Origin: Verrucomicrobiota bacterium
Lineage (GTDB): Bacteria > Verrucomicrobiota > Verrucomicrobiia > Verrucomicrobiales > DEV007
Assembly (NCBI GenBank): GCA_045046875.1
Contig: JASFYY010000109.1
Span: 1 to 52,181 of the forward strand
DNA length: 52,181 bases
Reading direction: 5' to 3'
Shown here: positions 39,753-50,226 of the stretch, piece by piece
How positions within the stretch are numbered: the first letter of the stretch is position 1
Layout of the letters: each line of letters begins with the position of its first letter
Program-made: the position numbers and the translations under genes
Notes under the pieces: model-generated
The model's database searches: none
Told to the model about the DNA's origin: nothing
The model's input: the letters and a program-made list of their open reading frames with translations, nothing else

Positions 39753-41111
39753 TCATATTTCCGGATACACCCACGGCGCCCGGTATTCCCTACGCAGCAG
39801 CCCATTCGCCTCATCGTCACCAAGAATCTTCTCTTTCGCCCCGTCCCACTCCACACTGCGCCCCACCTTCAGCGACAACATGCCCAACAAACTAAGATTA
39901 GTCGCCCGATGTCCGATCTCAATATCGGCGACCGGCTTGCGTCCCTGCTCGATCGCATCCAGAAAATCCTTGTACAAAGGCGGCACGTTATGGCCATCCT
40001 TTTGATTATCAAATTGCGGATCCTGATGCACCACTTGCTCCCCTTTTTTGACCGGATAAAAATTCCATCCATCCCTCCACCCCATGTGAAAAACCCCTTT
40101 GGTACCATAAAAATAACAGCCCACCCGTGATTTCTCCACCGCGTTGCCGCCAAAACGACGATGCTCCCACACCGCAGTGAACTGATCAAACTCATAAGTC
40201 GCCACCTGGTGATCCGGAGCGTCAGTGGTCTGCTCCTTTTCATTCAAAACCGGCTTGCCCTTGATCGGTCGACCACCCGTGCTGTAGATTTTTTTTGGAT
40301 AAAGCTCATCCGTCCACCACAACACCTGATCCAACCAATGTACCCCCCAATCGCCCAAAGTGCCATTGGCAAAATCGAGGAAATGGCGAAAACCGCCCGG
40401 ATGGATCCGGCGGTTAAACGGACGCAGTGGAGCCGGCCCGCAATACATATCCCAGTCCATGCCTTCAGGGATCTCGCTATTCGGCGTCGGTTTTTCCGGC
40501 CCGCCACCCCCATGGGAAAACATCCGCACCATACCAATTTTTCCTGCACCCCCCTCTTTCAAAAACTTCATGCCCGAAATATGATGCGGCCCGATGCGTC
40601 GATGCAAACCCACCTGCACCACACGATCGGTGATCCGTGCCGCATTCAGCATCGCCCGACTTTCCTCAACCGTGTGCCCGGTGGGTTTTTCGATAAACAC
40701 ATGGGCACCCGCCTGCACCGCCGCGATTCCCTGAAGCGCATGCCAATGATCCGGGGTGGAAATGATCACCACATCAAGCTGCTCTTTTTCGAGCATCTCG
40801 CGGTAGTCCGCATACATCTTCGGAGTGGATCCGGTCAAGCCGTCCACTTCATCGGCAGAAATCTCCAAAGCATCCGCATCCACATCACACAGTGCCACCA
40901 CCTGGGTGCGTCCCTCTTCCAGTGCCACCCGTAGAATATTCATCCCCCACCAACCAGTGCCGATCAAAGCCGTGCGGTATTTTCTGCCCGTTTTCTCCGC
41001 TGCCCCCAGAATCAACGGGGTCGCCCCCATCGCCGCGATCGCTCCCACGGCACCTCCGGCTCCGCTTAAAAATTTTCTTCGATCCAGTTTCAATTGGCTG
41101 TGCTTGTTCAT
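39753..41111 (-). CDS. Gfo/Idh/MocA oxidoreductase, Tat signal
   Basis: DRRKFL, ALIGTGWWG, STPDHWH, FIEKP, DWGVHWLD. Confidence 0.92.
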   Translation of the reverse strand: MNKHSQLKLDRRKFLSGAGGAVGAIAAMGATPLILGAAEKTGRKYRTALIGTGWWGMNILRVALEEGRTQVVALCDVDADALEISADEVDGLTGSTPKMYADYREMLEKEQLDVVIISTPDHWHALQGIAAVQAGAHVFIEKPTGHTVEESRAMLNAARITDRVVQVGLHRRIGPHHISGMKFLKEGGAGKIGMVRMFSHGGGGPEKPTPNSEIPEGMDWDMYCGPAPLRPFNRRIHPGGFRHFLDFANGTLGDWGVHWLDQVLWWTDELYPKKIYSTGGRPIKGKPVLNEKEQTTDAPDHQVATYEFDQFTAVWEHRRFGGNAVEKSRVGCYFYGTKGVFHMGWRDGWNFYPVKKGEQVVHQDPQFDNQKDGHNVPPLYKDFLDAIEQGRKPVADIEIGHRATNLSLLGMLSLKVGRSVEWDGAKEKILGDDEANGLLRREYRAPWVYPEI

Positions 41112-41139
41112 CTCTAGCGGGTTTCAGGTCGGTGGTTCT

Positions 41140-42720
41140 TCAAGGCGTGGAAACCTTCACCGTCCCGGTGCTCTGCGCAAGACGATAACACACCGCTTCA
41201 CGGTCATTCCTCACCAAAAAATAACGCCCCGCCAGAGTCGGCACGTTCCAGGTCATGTGATCCAGAACCTGCATTTGAAATAGCTCCTGATGAGCCGCGG
41301 GGTCTGCTTTGACAATGGCGATGCCTCCTTTTTCCGTCTGCACCAACAATCTATTCCCCACCAACAATTGCTGACCAAAACCATAACGCCCGCCCTTCCA
41401 CACCTTCTTCCCCGATTTGAGATCAATGCAAGCCATGATGCCGCCATCCAAGCCGTAGGCATAATCCCCCCGGATCACGGCTGAGCTGAATTTGGTTTTC
41501 ATCTTCTTGCTCTGCCAAAGCTCTTCCACTGACCAAGCTCCTTGTTGCTGCTTCACCTTCAGCAAAAAACTGCCCGCTCCGTAACCTGCCGTCAGCAAAA
41601 TCTGATCCGTCCCCACCAATAGGGGCTGCGCTACTTTGGGGTATTTACCCGGCCAATCAAAAGACCACAGCTGCTTGCCCGTTGCCAGGTCATGCCCCGT
41701 AGCATCCTTGCCATTGATACTGACGACTTGGCTCACCCCATCCACTTGCAGCACCCGGGGCGAACTGTAACTCGCCCCCCTGCCTTCATACACCCAGACC
41801 GCTTTGCCCGTCGTCGCATCAAAGGCCAACAAAGTCGGCGCTGCGTTTTCCGCACCGCTCACCACCACCAGCTTATCCACCACCAAGGGCGAAGTGCTTT
41901 TGCCCCAATCCGGAAAATGCCCCTGCATTTGTGGACCAAGGTCCTGGGACCAGATCAACTTGCCACTGCTTAAATCCAAACAGTTCAAAATCCCGGTGCC
42001 ACCAAAAGTATACACCCTGTCACCCACCACCGTCGGCGTTGACCTTGGCCCCGGCCCTCCCATGCTCGCTTCCAGGCGCGCGGTATCACTATGAACCCAC
42101 AGCAAATCCCCGCTCAACAAATCATAACAAGTCACCAGTTCTTCTTCGCGCCGTTGTTCCTGGGTCAAAGCCCGTCGCCCCACCACCGCAAAACCCGACC
42201 ATCCCGCACCAATCGGTTGACGCCACAATTCCTGCGGTGCTTGTTTTTGCCAATCGAACGAAGCCGGCGAATCCGGCCACACCCCGTCCCGCTTCGGACC
42301 AAGAAACTGCGCACTGTCCACCACCCCCTCGACGGGTTCCCCGGCCGCGCCAGCTTCTTCACCTCCGCTTGCAACAGGCTGAGCCAAAGCGATCGCTTCA
42401 TCAACCACCGGCGTCCACTTCCACACAAATCGTGGCAACGACGTGCCACTCACCGAGCCCTCGTAACGGGTCAGAGAAACAAACAGCCCACCGCCCACCA
42501 GCAGCAAAAGCACAAAACCGGCAAAACGTTTCAAGCGCTTTTTCCAAACATCCGGACCCATCACCACATACCACAACGACAGCAGAATCACCCCCGCAAT
42601 CGGCGCCACCAGATAAACCCAATAGCGGGCAAAGTCCTCACTATACCAGGCATATAACATCCACAGCGGAGCAAACGCCGCGCACAGCAATCCAGTGATG
42701 ATTCGTATCGTCTTGACCAT
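41140..42720 (-). CDS. Membrane-anchored PQQ-like beta-propeller protein
   Basis: Three N-terminal TM segments; QFLGPKRDG, GPRSTPTV, SYSSP, TWNVPTLAG...VRNDRE. Confidence 0.85.
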   Translation of the reverse strand: MVKTIRIITGLLCAAFAPLWMLYAWYSEDFARYWVYLVAPIAGVILLSLWYVVMGPDVWKKRLKRFAGFVLLLLVGGGLFVSLTRYEGSVSGTSLPRFVWKWTPVVDEAIALAQPVASGGEEAGAAGEPVEGVVDSAQFLGPKRDGVWPDSPASFDWQKQAPQELWRQPIGAGWSGFAVVGRRALTQEQRREEELVTCYDLLSGDLLWVHSDTARLEASMGGPGPRSTPTVVGDRVYTFGGTGILNCLDLSSGKLIWSQDLGPQMQGHFPDWGKSTSPLVVDKLVVVSGAENAAPTLLAFDATTGKAVWVYEGRGASYSSPRVLQVDGVSQVVSINGKDATGHDLATGKQLWSFDWPGKYPKVAQPLLVGTDQILLTAGYGAGSFLLKVKQQQGAWSVEELWQSKKMKTKFSSAVIRGDYAYGLDGGIMACIDLKSGKKVWKGGRYGFGQQLLVGNRLLVQTEKGGIAIVKADPAAHQELFQMQVLDHMTWNVPTLAGRYFLVRNDREAVCYRLAQSTGTVKVSTP

Positions 42721-42745
42721 ATTCCCCCCTTTGATTCACCCCACC

Positions 42746-42851
42746 GTAGGACAAATTTCCATATTTGTCCAAGCATCACCTGCTCCACCCCCAATGACAG
42801 AATTAAAATTCTATCCTACGCACTCCCGTAGGATAGATTTCCATATCTGTC
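42746..42851. repeat. Three GTAG-type REP palindromes (REPIN-like doublet plus one)
   Basis: GTAGGACAAATTTCCATATTTGTCC (42746-42770, +); GTAGGATAGAATTTTAATTCTGTC (42819-42796, -); GTAGGATAGATTTCCATATCTGTC (42828-42851, +). Confidence 0.85.
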
Positions 42852-42924
42852 TCCTATCGCTACTCCCGCGATCTACTAATCAAAGGCAGCTGTGGAACTA
42901 TAACACAGCAAACCCAGCCCACAT

Positions 42925-44106
42925 TCACACCGTCTTCGGTGCCACAAATTTCTTCGTCAAAAGCATCTTCCGCTCCGCTTTTTCATACCAACCCGCCCGG
43001 GCGTGCTGATTAGTATGCAGATAACATTGTGCCAACACCTCTTCACTGCCCGGGGTGAAAGTCAGCAAGCGCGACATCGGCACATTCGATACATTCACAT
43101 GATAACGAGTAAGCGCACTGCAATTAACAAACCAAGCCCCCCACTTCTGCTCGATGTGACTGCGCCCCCCATAGGTATCATCCGGACTGGTATGAGTATG
43201 CCCACCAATCCACATATCAATCGCACCCGGATGTTGTTCTAGATATTTTTCAAAAGCCTGAGCATCAGGTTGATCATCCAACCAATACAAATAGGACGCC
43301 CCTTCAGGCCCTCCCTTAGGATAATAACCATGATAATAAGGTTTCCATCCACCGTCCGCCTTTTTGCGAAACCCTTCCCACGGGCCGGATGCCACCGTGG
43401 TTTCCCGCAACATGTGATGGTGCGCACAAATGATAATGCTGTCCTGATTGCTCTCGACCTGATCCTTCCACCAGGTAAAGGTATCACTGCTGACCGCCCC
43501 GGCGGGATAACCCCCACGTTTTCCTCGCCCCACCGGTGGCCCGCCATCATTGCGATCACTCATGATCAAAAACAGCATATTGCCCACGCGAAAAGAATAA
43601 CGTTCCCAACTTCCACTAACTGGAAATTTTCGCCGCGCATTATCCACCCCGGAAACCGCCGTATTCTCACCGGTAGGGTCGAGCCATTTGCGAAACCACC
43701 ACTGCCTTTCTTCATCCGCAAACGAAGCATCATGATTGCCTGCCAGGGAATAGAAATCCTCGCGTCGATGTTTTTTCATCGCCGCCAGCTGCCTGACCAC
43801 TTCCTCCCCCTCGTCATCCTTCGGCGATCCTTGATTGCCTGAAAAATCGCCTACATGCAAAGCGATATCCCAGTCAAAAGACGGAGCCCCACGTTTGGAA
43901 TCTCCGAATTCCGATTGCCGGATCGCTTCGGCCAGTGATTCTCGTCCACGTTTTTTATCTGTGCCAACATGGCAATCCCCCGAAGCCCACAAGTGGAAAG
44001 GTTTTGACGAGGCCGCCTCCCCCGCGTTGACTCCAAACGCTGACAGCGTCGCCACCGCTGCCCCCTGACCGATGAAATCACGACGTTTGAGAAAATGTTT
44101 ATTCAT
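42925..44106 (-). CDS. Calcineurin-like metallophosphoesterase, Tat signal
   Basis: KRRDFI; GDCH, GDFS, GNHD, HHH and GHTH metal motifs. Likely ATG 44106. Confidence 0.85.
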   Translation of the reverse strand: MNKHFLKRRDFIGQGAAVATLSAFGVNAGEAASSKPFHLWASGDCHVGTDKKRGRESLAEAIRQSEFGDSKRGAPSFDWDIALHVGDFSGNQGSPKDDEGEEVVRQLAAMKKHRREDFYSLAGNHDASFADEERQWWFRKWLDPTGENTAVSGVDNARRKFPVSGSWERYSFRVGNMLFLIMSDRNDGGPPVGRGKRGGYPAGAVSSDTFTWWKDQVESNQDSIIICAHHHMLRETTVASGPWEGFRKKADGGWKPYYHGYYPKGGPEGASYLYWLDDQPDAQAFEKYLEQHPGAIDMWIGGHTHTSPDDTYGGRSHIEQKWGAWFVNCSALTRYHVNVSNVPMSRLLTFTPGSEEVLAQCYLHTNQHARAGWYEKAERKMLLTKKFVAPKTV

Positions 44107-44295
44107 AACAGAGAGAGCTTTTATAAAAAAATCAGTTTCCAGACAACACAAATTCCTGTTAAACCTCACTCCATATCCCCAATTCTCAATCTATAAAAGC
44201 ACTTCCAGCAATCTGAAATTCCTGCTACCAAATCCCTCTCACTCCCGCAAATACGTATCTTGCCGATCCCGCAACTGACTCTCACCTTTAATTCC

Positions 44296-45843
44296 ATGAA
44301 ACCCAAGCACCTCCTTCACTGCACCACTTACTTGGCAGCCTTCGTCTATGCCTTCACCCTGCTAGCCTCACCGCTGCAAGCCGCCGAGCGCAATATCATC
44401 TTCATCATCGCTGACGACGAATCCCCCACCCTCGGCTGTTACGGTGATCCCTCAGCCCAAACCCCCAGCATCGACGCGGTCGCCGCGGATGGAGCGATCT
44501 TTCTCAACGCCTTCGCCACCACCGCCAGTTGCGCCGCTAGCCGATCAGTGGTCATGTCAGGACTGCACAATCACCGCAACGGCATGTATGGTCACCAACA
44601 CGGCTTCCACAAATTTGCCTCCTGGCACAATGTGGTTTCCCTCGCTCTTCCCAGAGTACTCGCCAACGAAGGTTATCGCACCGCACAAATTGGCAAATAC
44701 CACGTCGCCCCGGAAGAAGTTTATCACTACCAAACTTACCTCAAAGGCAACCCGCGCAACGCGCCCTCAATGGCCGACGTCGCCAAGGATTTCATCACCG
44801 ATCAATCCGATGATCGCCCGTTTTTCCTCTACTTCGCCACCGCCGACCCCCATCGCGGCGGCGGCAAGGATGAAACCTCAAAAAGCAAACTCAAACCCGA
44901 TCTGTTCGGCAACAAACCTGACAAAGGATCCCATCAAGGCGTAAAAGAAGTCTTTTTTGATCCCGCCGATGTCACCATACCCCACTTCCTCACCGACAGC
45001 CGCGAGACCCGCGAAGAGCTCGCCCAATATTACCAGTCCATCTCCCGTGTTGATCAAGGGGTAGGACGCTTGGTGGAGATCTTAAAAGAAGCCGGCCTCT
45101 ATGACAAAACCCTCATCGTTTTCACCGCCGACCACGGCATGGCTTTTGCCGGCGGCAAAACCACCGTTTACGAAGGCGGACTGAGAGTGCCTTTTGTGGT
45201 GCGCAATCCCTATGAGAAAAAACGCGGGCTCAAACTCAAGGGCATGATCAGCCACATCGACATCACCCCCTCGCTGCTCGACTTCGCCGGCGGCCTCGAC
45301 CCTAAAACCAACGGCCCTAAAAAATGGATCGACCCCAATCAATACTGGAAAGACAAAGCTTACGCCAACAAAGAAAACCGGGGGCCGCGCAAAGAAAAGT
45401 TCAACTCCTACCACGGCAAATCATGGATCCCCATCCTCGACAAACCCAACGCCGAACACTGGGACACCATTTTTGCCTCGCACACCTTTCACGAGATCCA
45501 GATGTATTACCCGATGCGAGTGGTGCGGGACAAAAAATACAAATTGATATGGAACATCGCCCACGGCCTCCCCTACCCCTTCGCCTCGGATCTATGGGCA
45601 GCCTCCAGTTGGCAGGCCCAGTTTCAACTTAGCCTCGACGCCCCCTACGGACAAAAAACGGTGGGAGAATATATCAACCGTCCCAAGTTCGAACTCTACG
45701 ACATGGAAAAAGATCCCAACGAGTCCAACAACCTCGCCGCCGATCCCGCTTTTGCCAAAATCCTCGATCAATACCAAAAGAAGATCAAAGCCTTCCAGAA
45801 AAAATTCGACGACCCCTGGATCATGAAATGGGATTATGAGTGA
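44296..45843 (+). CDS. Sulfatase (sulfamidase / N-sulfoglucosamine sulfohydrolase-like)
   Basis: NIIFIIADD, CAASR, GKYHV, DPHR, TADHG, HTFHEIQMYYPMR. Confidence 0.9.
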   Translation: MKPKHLLHCTTYLAAFVYAFTLLASPLQAAERNIIFIIADDESPTLGCYGDPSAQTPSIDAVAADGAIFLNAFATTASCAASRSVVMSGLHNHRNGMYGHQHGFHKFASWHNVVSLALPRVLANEGYRTAQIGKYHVAPEEVYHYQTYLKGNPRNAPSMADVAKDFITDQSDDRPFFLYFATADPHRGGGKDETSKSKLKPDLFGNKPDKGSHQGVKEVFFDPADVTIPHFLTDSRETREELAQYYQSISRVDQGVGRLVEILKEAGLYDKTLIVFTADHGMAFAGGKTTVYEGGLRVPFVVRNPYEKKRGLKLKGMISHIDITPSLLDFAGGLDPKTNGPKKWIDPNQYWKDKAYANKENRGPRKEKFNSYHGKSWIPILDKPNAEHWDTIFASHTFHEIQMYYPMRVVRDKKYKLIWNIAHGLPYPFASDLWAASSWQAQFQLSLDAPYGQKTVGEYINRPKFELYDMEKDPNESNNLAADPAFAKILDQYQKKIKAFQKKFDDPWIMKWDYE

Positions 45844-45895
45844 GGGAAGCTTATAACCGTATCGCGCAAAATAAGTCCCTCATCCACCAATTCCA

Positions 45896-46573
45896 TCACT
45901 CGTCCGTCATTGCTGCCGCGAGCACCTTCGCCACTTGCTGGGCTTGCAACTCAACCGCTACTTTTTTGTAGTGATAGGGGTCGGAGTAATACTCAGGGTG
46001 CCCCTTTGAGATCGAATGCAAATCATTGATAGCTGCCTTGTATTTTTTCGCCAGAGTCCGCACTATTTCATTTCTCGCATCCACCCGGGGATTCAATTCA
46101 TTTTTATCACTGGTCGATTTCAACGGAGTCGATAAAGCCAATACCAATTTAGCTGAGGGAAACTTTTTCTTAATATACTGCAATGCTCGTTCATACCCTT
46201 TTTGATACTCCTCCTCAGAATAAGTAAAACCGTGCAAGCCATTATTGAAATGAATCACCGCAAATGAATACTGACTGAGCAATCCCTCCAGCTGAACCAA
46301 AAATGCAGGGTCCGCCACGCAGGCAGAGGTGGTGAATTTTGCTCCATAAGCCTTATCCTCCAACGCTTTGCTCGCCGAGTTGTAATATCCATTGGTGATC
46401 GAATCTCCAATCATCAAAATTCTCGGCTTGTCATTTTTTTGAGCCGAAGTCACCCACATATTGCACCACTCTGTATTCTCCCTGCGCACCCCTTCCTTCG
46501 TCTCGGTTCGCCCGCTTTGCAGCGGTGCGGTCAGGGCAAAACCCAACAGTAAAATAATAGTTTTTTTGTTCAT
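45896..46573 (-). CDS. SGNH/GDSL hydrolase, secreted (related to 789..1496)
   Basis: PRILMIGDSI, VIHFNNGLHG, DPYH. Confidence 0.85.
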   Translation of the reverse strand: MNKKTIILLLGFALTAPLQSGRTETKEGVRRENTEWCNMWVTSAQKNDKPRILMIGDSITNGYYNSASKALEDKAYGAKFTTSACVADPAFLVQLEGLLSQYSFAVIHFNNGLHGFTYSEEEYQKGYERALQYIKKKFPSAKLVLALSTPLKSTSDKNELNPRVDARNEIVRTLAKKYKAAINDLHSISKGHPEYYSDPYHYKKVAVELQAQQVAKVLAAAMTDE

Positions 46574-46598
46574 ATAATATTAAAATATACAAGTTAGG

Positions 46599-47171
46599 CT
46601 ACCTTACATCTATACGCTCAAAGCGCAAAAATCTCCCCACATAAGGCAGGTAAAGACAATAATAAGTTTCGTTTTTAGCTTCGAGGTTTTTTTCTTGATC
46701 CAAAATTCTCCAAGTATCCTTACGGATAAGTTTAACCGCCTGCTGATCGCCACTGGCTAAATTAAAATTAAAATAGTCCACTTTTAATGGATTATGACGG
46801 CGAAATGCTTTGCTTTGTGGAGATATATAATACCTCACTACCTTTTTAGAATATTGCACATTAGAGATTCTTCCCTTCACGTCTTTAGGTCCCACGATCA
46901 GTTGCAGTCCTCCAGGATAAAACGCTGCAAGTGCCGCAAGCAATACGAACACCGCTACGCCCTTCCACCGTGCGATTCCGCTTTTGAGAAAATTATAAAA
47001 AATCGCCAACAAGCCAAAAAAAGTAAGTGTGAAAACCCATAAAGTCCGCACCATCAGAAAACGACTCCAGTTCTCCTCCGTCAAAATCGGAATCTGAGTG
47101 ATCGCTGGAGCCACCAATACGAAGGTCAACAAGGTCACTCCCAAAGTGATGAGCAAAGCGGTGTGTTTCAT
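46599..47171 (-). CDS. Hypothetical membrane protein
   Basis: Three N-terminal TM segments then a soluble domain; more AT-rich than its neighbours. Confidence 0.65.
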   Translation of the reverse strand: MKHTALLITLGVTLLTFVLVAPAITQIPILTEENWSRFLMVRTLWVFTLTFFGLLAIFYNFLKSGIARWKGVAVFVLLAALAAFYPGGLQLIVGPKDVKGRISNVQYSKKVVRYYISPQSKAFRRHNPLKVDYFNFNLASGDQQAVKLIRKDTWRILDQEKNLEAKNETYYCLYLPYVGRFLRFERIDVR

Positions 47172-47347
47172 ATCAAGACGATCAAACTAGCCCTGATTGC
47201 CTCTAGCTCAAGACTAAACTACCCAAGCCAAGCACTCAGAGACGGCGCTCGCTCAAGCCTTGAATAAGATTTTTTTGCAGATCAAGCCATTTTCATCTAT
47301 TTTGAAATCCAGCCCTCTCCTTCGACCACAAATACCAAACCTCCCCC

Positions 47348-48133
47348 ATGACCACCTCCCAATCCGATCTTTCAGCGCCCCAAACAAGTACAGCCACCAA
47401 ACCCTCATCACTCTCAAGCTTATACTATTTCATCCGATTTTTCATCCGTGTAGGGGGTTGGCTAGCAGTCCTCATTCTTACCGTAGGTCTGGCAGGCATC
47501 CTTTCATCCATCCACTCAAACTCTGATTCTCGCAGACTTGCCGCACAAGGAAAAGTCTTAACGGCACAAGTCACCGACAAACGTGTGACGGAAGGATCCA
47601 CCAACAAACCGCAACGATTAAAAACATCCAGCAGCTATTACGTCAGCTACCAATTCGCCACAGATGATTCGAAAAAAAACATCCAAAATGAGCGAAAAGT
47701 TAGCATAAGTTTCTACAACAGCGTTCAAACAGGTGACACTTTCGAACTCACCTACCTGCCCTCTGATCCATCGGTGCATGAACTTTATCAAAACGAACTA
47801 TCGCGTAAATCCAGCTCATCTTTAGTAGCCGGCAGCGCCTTCAGTTTGTTCGGATTAGGCTGCTGTTACTGGGCATTCACTGTCAGCAAACGCGCCATGC
47901 GAGCCCGGTACTCTGTGGAAGAAATGATCGAAAGTTTTGTCACCCGGCGCTCCTTCTGGCCCCCTCTGATCAACCGAATGCAGTATCAATTGCGCAGGGG
48001 CGAGCAAGTCTCTTTTCACCAAACTTTTTTGCGACCTGTCTGGGCTTACGGAACCTTAAAACGAGGGGACCTTACCCGTATAGCCATGACCTCGGAAGGA
48101 CCTTATTGGGCTAAGGATTTATTCCTAAACTAA
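47348..48133 (+). CDS. DUF3592-like membrane protein
   Basis: TM segment, OB-like domain (AQVTDK...YYVSYQF...GDTFELTYLPSDP), second TM segment. Confidence 0.65.
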   Translation: MTTSQSDLSAPQTSTATKPSSLSSLYYFIRFFIRVGGWLAVLILTVGLAGILSSIHSNSDSRRLAAQGKVLTAQVTDKRVTEGSTNKPQRLKTSSSYYVSYQFATDDSKKNIQNERKVSISFYNSVQTGDTFELTYLPSDPSVHELYQNELSRKSSSSLVAGSAFSLFGLGCCYWAFTVSKRAMRARYSVEEMIESFVTRRSFWPPLINRMQYQLRRGEQVSFHQTFLRPVWAYGTLKRGDLTRIAMTSEGPYWAKDLFLN

Positions 48134-48149
48134 ACTTCATCGACCAACC

Positions 48150-48737
48150 CTACTCTCGGTCCATAATTGGAATCCCCCGAAATTCCACCATTACTTGAAT
48201 TTTATTGCCTCCCAGGTGAAAACCCTCCACAGCAAGGGAGTAAGCCGCCTTTCCGGGCCTCTCTAGGCTTACCTCCGCAGACTGATAATCCTGGAAGATG
48301 ATAGAAGGAGAACGAACTTCAGCCATAGCCCCACTCTTCTGTAACAAAACCGTATTCTGCTCAAGCTTGATCACAGGAGAACTGCTTCCATTGTCGTGGG
48401 AAGAAACAGTTAGAAAGGTGAGTCCGGTAGAACCATCAGCCCCCTCGTAAACATCACACAATAATGATTGCCCCGATTCAAATATTTCTGCGATCTTACG
48501 ACTATTATCCAAGGGCTCAAAGAGATCTGCAAAATCCCGTAGCTCTTGCGCACTCAATTCACTCTGCTTGATGATGATAGGTTTTCTCACTTTCGCCGAC
48601 TTGCTTGCCCCTGATGATTTTGATTCGCTCATCCCGAGAGGATCATTTTTGTTCATCTTGCCTCGGGGGGAAAAAACAAACATCCCACCGAGAAACAAAG
48701 CCCCGAAAACAATAGCTAGTATCGATTTATAATTCAT
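48150..48737 (-). CDS. Hypothetical protein with N-terminal membrane anchor
   Basis: 195-aa ORF with a hydrophobic N-terminus. Confidence 0.6.
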   Translation of the reverse strand: MNYKSILAIVFGALFLGGMFVFSPRGKMNKNDPLGMSESKSSGASKSAKVRKPIIIKQSELSAQELRDFADLFEPLDNSRKIAEIFESGQSLLCDVYEGADGSTGLTFLTVSSHDNGSSSPVIKLEQNTVLLQKSGAMAEVRSPSIIFQDYQSAEVSLERPGKAAYSLAVEGFHLGGNKIQVMVEFRGIPIMDRE

Positions 48738-48807
48738 AAGCTACTCCGTCTCGCACCTCCCCTACCCGTATCTTTCACTCCTTCTTATGAAACCTCTTAT
48801 ATCCACC

Positions 48808-50127
48808 TCACGAAAACTTCGTCACCCCCGGAACCGCCACCTTCGCTTCCGGCGGCATTCCCTCCCAGGTGTATGCAGAAGGCACCAGTGCTTCTTTCGA
48901 ATTCAAAGCCTCTTGCCAAGTTAGATTTTTTCCGGTGTAAGCAGTCATTCGTGCCATGATCGCCATCAGTGTGCTTTTGGCCATGTATTCACCGTTATTG
49001 ATCACATTGCCACTGCGCAAGGCGGCAAAAAAAGCATCGTGCTCCAGTTGATGACTGTCGACTTCTTTGCGACTCCTCCACCGCCAGGGGTTCTCCCCCT
49101 CAATTTGCGTGCTGCGGCGCGTCATGCTCGCGGTGCCCTTGGTTCCCATAATATAAGTCCCGCTCTCCGGCGTGCATCCTTTCCAATGACGTGTGCCGGC
49201 ATAAGCCCGTATATTATTCCCATAATCATAGGTGGTCTCAAAGTGATCGTAAATATGACCATGATCCGTTCCGGTGCGCACCTGTCGCCCCCCCGTTCCA
49301 AAACAACGCTCCGGATACTTGCCACCATTAGCCCAAGCCATTTGATCCAACTGATGAACAAACTGCTCAACATTAAAATCCCCTGACAACCAGGTGAAAT
49401 AATACCAGTTGCGCATCTGATACTCCATCTCCGTCATGCCCGCTTGACGCGCACGCGTCCATACCCCGTTGGCATAACGCACCGCATTCATACTGACGAT
49501 ATCACCAATCGCCCCATCATGAATACGCTTCATCATCTCCTGGGCCTTGTGCGAATAACGGGTATTGAGACCGGACACAATATAAAGCCCCTTCTGCTCT
49601 GCGATCTTAGTCGTCTCCAAAACCGAACGCACTCCGGGACCGTCCACGGCTACCGGTTTTTCGACAAACACATGTTTCCCCGCATCGATACAGGCACGCA
49701 ATTGCATCGGCCGGAAATGAGGCGGAGTTGCCAACAATACCACGTCCACCCCGGAATCGATCAACTGCTGGTAAGCATCAAAACCCACAAATTGATGCGC
49801 CGCATCCACCTTGACCCGACCCTTGATATCCGGCTGTTTCTGCAAAGTCGTAAGCCCCAATTGCAAGCGGTCCTGAAAGGCATCGGCAACCGCTACCAGT
49901 TGGTTGCCGTCATCCGCCCGCAGCGCCTGCGCCGCCGCCCCACTGCCACGCCCTCCACAGCCAACTAGCCCAATCTTAATCCTGTCGCTGCCCGCCGCCC
50001 AAGCGCTGCGCGAAATGGGCAGCGTCGCTACCAGCGCTGCACCTACCGTTGTTGCTGACTGCGCGACAAATTTCCGTCGACTCGGTAAATGCGAGGACTC
50101 CTCATTTTTTGATGCTTCTTTTTTCAT
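48808..50127 (-). CDS. Gfo/Idh/MocA oxidoreductase, Tat signal
   Basis: SRRKFV, GLVGCGGRGSGA, ATPPHFRP, FVEKP, NWYYFTWLSGD..VEQFVH.LD. Confidence 0.92.
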   Translation of the reverse strand: MKKEASKNEESSHLPSRRKFVAQSATTVGAALVATLPISRSAWAAGSDRIKIGLVGCGGRGSGAAAQALRADDGNQLVAVADAFQDRLQLGLTTLQKQPDIKGRVKVDAAHQFVGFDAYQQLIDSGVDVVLLATPPHFRPMQLRACIDAGKHVFVEKPVAVDGPGVRSVLETTKIAEQKGLYIVSGLNTRYSHKAQEMMKRIHDGAIGDIVSMNAVRYANGVWTRARQAGMTEMEYQMRNWYYFTWLSGDFNVEQFVHQLDQMAWANGGKYPERCFGTGGRQVRTGTDHGHIYDHFETTYDYGNNIRAYAGTRHWKGCTPESGTYIMGTKGTASMTRRSTQIEGENPWRWRSRKEVDSHQLEHDAFFAALRSGNVINNGEYMAKSTLMAIMARMTAYTGKNLTWQEALNSKEALVPSAYTWEGMPPEAKVAVPGVTKFS

Positions 50128-50226
50128 AGGGTTTTAGGGTTGCAGCAACATACCCTAAGCCCAACAAAGTCCACACATAAAAACCGAATAATGCCCCCGT
50201 TAAACGGATACGCTTGATGCCGCCGA

